Source: an uncultured Candidatus Saccharibacteria bacterium
GTDB lineage: Bacteria; Patescibacteriota; Minisyncoccia; Phycocordibacterales; UBA918
Reading direction: 5' to 3'
DNA: 64,000 nucleotides
Assembly: GCA_964469295.1 (NCBI GenBank)
Contig: CAYXYJ010000001.1
Coordinates: 34,334-98,333 of the forward strand
Shown here one piece after another: positions 41,701 through 47,700 of this stretch. The first letter of the stretch is position 1; every line of letters starts with the position of its first letter. The notes beneath the pieces were generated by a model. That model searched no databases and was not told the origin of the DNA. It saw nothing but the letters and a program-made list of their open reading frames with translations. The position numbers were made by a program, and so were the translations under genes.

Positions 41701-44700
41701 CTGGAGTAATCTCATTAGCAAAACCACTAACGACTCCAGACACATACGTTGTAGAAGAGACAAAATTTGCGGTCGTAGAAATCTGTACCTCATATTCCAT
41801 ACTATCTCCCTGAGGATCAGCAGTTTGGAAACGCAAAATCGGTGTTGCAGAATTTACTTTAGCGTTATCAAACGGGGTAATATGATTTGGCATTGTGATA
41901 CGCTCGCCCCACAATAATGACCAGCTTTCCAGTCGTGGTAAGCTATCATTCCCCGTCATAATCGCCCTAATGCGAATAGTGTGATACACCGTAGTACTGA
42001 GACTAGCGAGACTCACACCAGACGTATCAAACCCAGCCGCATTACCAGGCAAATCAGCATCCGGTATCAATTCCCATTCGTTTCCGGACACCAGATATTC
42101 AATCGAATATTTTATATCTCCTGATGATTCATTGTCGGTAAATTGTAGTAAGCCCCACGCATTGCCGGTATCAACATCAGAAAAATGAATAGCCGTACTT
42201 GTTGTTGTGGCCACCGTAAAGCCAGTAGCAATACGAATATCGTCAGCAACATTAATAGCGGCATCGATTAAATCATCGGTGTCAAATTGTTCTTTGGTAG
42301 TTTGGAACCACGTCGTAATAGCAGTGGCAGTATTGATGGTGACACTTTTTGCCGTTGACCATTCACCATAGGCTCCAGAGCCTTCATCATCACGGGCTCG
42401 CACTCGCCACCAATAGGTGGTGTTGTTACTAAGAGCAGTTTCCGGAATAAAACGGATGATTTGGCCAGGTGTATACAATCCACGTTCAGACGGACTTGAT
42501 AAATTGGTGAATTGAGAGAAATTAGCTCCCGATTCACTGACAACATCTGGCGAACCAAACGTGTAGTCAGTATCCACTTCAATTTCGTACGACAACATAT
42601 CATCCAAAGCGTCAGTAGTAGCAAATTCAAACCACGGTGTTGTTGATGCTGTTTGTTCGTTATCAAATGGCGCAAACAAATCTGTCGATAGAGGCGGTGC
42701 ATTAGTGATCAGTCGAGGGTATCGATTATATACACTTAACAACGCATCATTCTCATACACTAAACGGAAACAATAATTAGTATTAGCAACAGCATTGTTA
42801 TTTTGAAGGACAAAATCCCATTCAGCACTACTTCCGACCACAATTTGGTGTTGATTTTCACGAGTAGGATTTTCCTCTTCATACGTTTCGGCATAGGTTG
42901 AAGACGCAAGTAATGTACTTGGTAAATTGCGACCGTCACTAATCAATTGTTCTTCAGAAATATCGTAAAATCCAGTTGGATTACCTTGGTTAAAATACTC
43001 CGTTCTTAACCAACCATTGGTACGACGAACATTTGAAAAACGTAATTCATCGATATCTCCTTCAAAGCCTTGTGATGGATCACCGCCAAAATTGTGCCAA
43101 TTTGAATTACCGTTTTGAGCCACATCTCCAAATAAACGGGTGGTTGAACCATTAAAATGGACGTCAACTTTGTTGCTACTGTCTCGTGTAACGACAACAT
43201 ATGTCCACGTACCATCTGCCGGGTGATTAATTGCCGTGTCACTGGAACCTCCTGGCAACACCCGCACAAAGGCTCGTCCGTTACTTGGTGTATTCCAAGC
43301 ACCAATTTTTTCATTTGAACCGCCATCAGCACTCGCCAATGCAAAACCATTACCATCAACAATATTTTGGGTTCGCCACCACAAAGAGACGGTGAAGGTT
43401 CCTGAAAAAGTAAGTACATTTTCAAAGAATGCCCCATCGTTTCCATCGTGATTTATAGCTTGACCAACCTTACCACCAACCACATCTCCAGCAGTCATAC
43501 CAGCAGTACCTCGCACCACCGCATCATTACTATACGACGTACTGTCTTTTATTTGTGGACTGGACGCAGCCGGATTATCGTCCATAGCATACCGCAATCG
43601 ATATCCATTAGACCACACATTTTCCGAGCCGTATGTTCCATTTGCAGCATACCCCGAAGCACCGGGATTGTTGTAGTAAATATAAAATTCGCTATCAGTA
43701 GTTGAAGATACCGACGCTTTAAAATGTAGCTCTCCCGTTTTGCTAATCGTATTAATGGCTACTAAATCTCGCGGTACTTCAGTCAAGCCATCAGCAGTCG
43801 TAACGCGAATATCATCACCATCACTTTGAACACTCGCAAAGAAACCGTCAGGTAGATCTGCTAAATCTACATATACCGGGAAATCCGTGAGGTCTTCGCT
43901 TACTAATGTATGATCAACGGTAATTTTTAATCGGCGAGCCCAACCAGAGGCATACCAATCATCACCAACCACCGCATTAGCATAACCACGCCACAACGCA
44001 GTCGTACTGCCGATTTCTCCTACATCTTGCCAATTTAGCGAAGGTGAACACGTCAAACCAGGAGCATATTGCAACTTTAATGTGACGGTGCTGGTTGGTG
44101 TATTAATATTCAATCCCCGCAATGATGTCCGTAAACGAATTGTCTCATTAACACTAATAGCATCTCCCGCACCAAACGATGTATTGATGGGAGTATCAAT
44201 GATACCAACCGGCCACGGATCAGTCGGCGTCAAGAAACTACCATTTACAAACCACTGATATTCATTTTGAATTAACTTTGGTTGACGTACCCAAGTAATA
44301 TTCCAATCATTGAGAGAGGCCGATACTTCAGCGGCGGTCGTAATTGCTGCTTCAAGACAAATTTGTGAATAGGTAGTGGTACTAAGACCAGAAAGATCAA
44401 TCGGAGCAGAGGCCGCTGAAAAACCTGTATCATTTCCGGTGAGTACACCATCAGGAATATAGGCATCACATGTTCCCACGTTTGAATATTTGACTCGCAC
44501 CTTTATCGTAGCGCCAATTGGCTCAGTTGTCGAAAACGACAAGTCGCCCCATTTTGACTGACCAGCAACACTAGAGAAAGCGACTGGGCGCGTAGTCATC
44601 GTACCAGCCGAATAACTAAATCGCCGTGTAGCAATTGAAAATGATTCACTACGCGGATCAGCGTTCGTTTCCGCCGGATTAGCTTGAATCAGTGTATTTG

Positions 44701-47700
44701 GGGACCAATTTGTACCATTAAACGTACTCGCGCGTAATGGATCAACGCCTTGATTTTCCATTCCGACTGCCAATATTGTACCGTCCCCAGTTCGCGCTGT
44801 TTGTAGGTACCAAAATTCCTCCATATCCGACATATCGAGCGGACCCGACCAACTGGTATTAAGATACTGATATTCATCAGTATTGGCATCAGAATAAGCC
44901 ACGATAAAATTACCGTCCCGGCCAGGTATCGTTTCAAATTCACAATCAAATGGACGACTTTGAGTAGATTCTGTTGTGCTTTCAAGTTGGACCTCAGTAC
45001 CCCACACTTCACCATCCCAAATAATTGCGTTGATATCAGAGGCGTCGTCCACCATACAAAAACCAATTCGGTCAGTACCTTGGTCACGCACCAGCTGTCC
45101 ATTTTCAAAATCATTAGTATTCCCAGATACCTGCACCGTAAAGACCGCTGACCAATCAGCTCCATTCCAGGTAGCGTATCGGAACTCATTATCGTTACCA
45201 TCAGATGATACGACCATGGCCTGATCACCAGATTCTTCATAGACCACACTCATACCCTCAGTGGCAACGTTGGTCCCGGCTACCCGTCCAAGAGCAATAC
45301 TATCAATCCACGCAGTACCGTCCCAAACATGGGCTTCGTAATTATCAGCCGCATTTTTTGTCACCAGAATCAATTCATCGGACGTCGGATCAGCGGCAAT
45401 CGTGAGCCAATTACAGTTATTGGTTGATGCGACATCAACCGAGCTTGTTGCCGACCAAGTACTGCCATTCCAAATAGTGTACACCGGATCTGCTCCAACA
45501 CTACACGCCACCACCATTGCATCTCCAGATGTGGTCTCGTGGGCAACAGCTAGTCCACGTCTTGCTGGGGTATTTAAATCTGTTACAAACTCGTTTTGAT
45601 GTCCCCACGATGATGTACTGGCACTGTACACAAGAGCATTCACATCACCGTCAGCAGTAATAAACGATGCCACGTATTCATCACGAATATTGCCAGCAGA
45701 TGATTCGGCCCAATAAATTTCCGCTCCAAGATTAGGTCCGTTGGTTTGTGCTCCCCAGGCTGTCCCATCCCATAATCGGTACATCATGACGGTTTCAGTT
45801 TTTTCACCGTATACCAGCATCGCTTCCGTGTTATCGATAACATCAACCACAGCACCACCAGATCCATTACCAACGACACCAACTAAGTTATTACTTAAAA
45901 ATTGCGCGTCGACAGTTTGATACCAATCAGGCAATGTCATCAATGTATTGACAGTAAGACTCTGTGTCGTCGACCAATCGCCAAATTCATTTGAACCAGA
46001 CACGTCCTTAGCCCGTACGCGCCAATAATAAGTGTTGCCACTTACCAAAGCATCAGCCCCTTGTAATTGATACCGAATTTTTTGTCCTTCAATAAATGGA
46101 CTGGTATCGCTTGTTGAAGCAGTATTAGTAAAACCACTGTCAATATTAGAAAATCGCTCTATCGCTCCAACGAAATCACTCGACGTTGAAATTGAAAATT
46201 CGTACACCAAATCAGAACTGCCATCAGGATCGGTTGTACTAAAATCAAAATATGGCGTTGTCGACGCAAAGCGAACATTATCAAATGGAGCATTGTAATA
46301 GGTAGCAGCACCTGGTCGAAAATTGAGCTCCTTCTTTTTCCATAGCATTAACAATGCGTCAGTACGATCATTTACGACAGTAGTATTGGCATCCCGTAAT
46401 GCCTGCACACTCACGATGGTTCCCGGCGTTAAACCAGCTAAATTATAAACCAGTGAACCAGAAGAATCTTGGTGGCCGGAGCTGTTTGTTACATAGTGAG
46501 ATTTCGTTTGAGCGCCCGGCACTGCCACTCCATTTACAAACACACTAATTATAACGTTATTGGTTCCTCCTGCAGTGTAGAGCGCATCGTTATACGTCAA
46601 GAGATAGTCTCCACTTTCGTTAATTGTCACATCACCAGTGTTGGAAGATGTAGAATGAGTAAAGGTGATGTTATCGTACGCTATTTGTGTATCCCATAGT
46701 ATCTTTTGAGCAGGACTTGGGTTCCAGTTAGTACCACCAGAAAGATCACGTCCTCGTAAAGCAATAACGTCATCAGTCGGGAGTTTTTGAATAAAAACTG
46801 ATCCAGTAAATCCATTCGGCACGGTTGTGGTACCCGCCGACGCTTCTTGTTCCATCGTGATAGTCAATATTTGGTTGGTAGTGGTAGCCACAACAATACC
46901 CGACCAGTGGTTTGTGGAATAATAGTCAGCATTGGCCGTAACTATTTGTAATCCCTGAGAAAAAACTCCTCCAGGCACTTGTGCTCCATCAAGAAATACT
47001 CTTCCGAGCACGTTACGGTAGGCAGTCGCTCGTGAATCGAATGGCATATTAACATACACTAAATACATACCGGGGTCTGAAATAGTGATATTCTCAGGAT
47101 TTATGGTGTCAGAGTGAACATAGCCAGAATCTTGGCGGGTTTCTGTCCACAATAACGCCGATGTCGCCGTGTTAAGACTCGTTGATGCTACCGTTCTGGT
47201 CGCTGTGGCCGCAAACACATCAGCGGTTGTCGGCATATGCTCGACATAGAGACTGGCCTGACCGCTAATAGTAATCGGTTGCGCCACATAACTAGTAAGT
47301 GCTTGTGCATATACTTCAATATAATCACCAACATGGAGATTCGTAAGTAAAAAACTACCATGATCAGATGATTCATTTTGCCGATCAGTGGAACTAGCGT
47401 TATAAATTAAACCACTTCGACCAATAGCGTGTGGCACCACGACACCATTCACTCGCACTTCAAATCCAACACGGGCCCATTGGTTATTAATTGTGTCATT
47501 ACGTTCCAGCGGTATAGTGACAGATACTTGATAATCACCATTTTTCTGAACATACAATCGCTGTGGCGATGAACTCGTCGAGTGCGCAAAATAAAATGAA
47601 TCAACGGTACTTGTACTCCATAATAATGCACTTGGTGACACTTCATTAAGATTGGTTCCCAACTGTGAACGAGTGCCAGTTAACCACGCTACCGAAGAAA

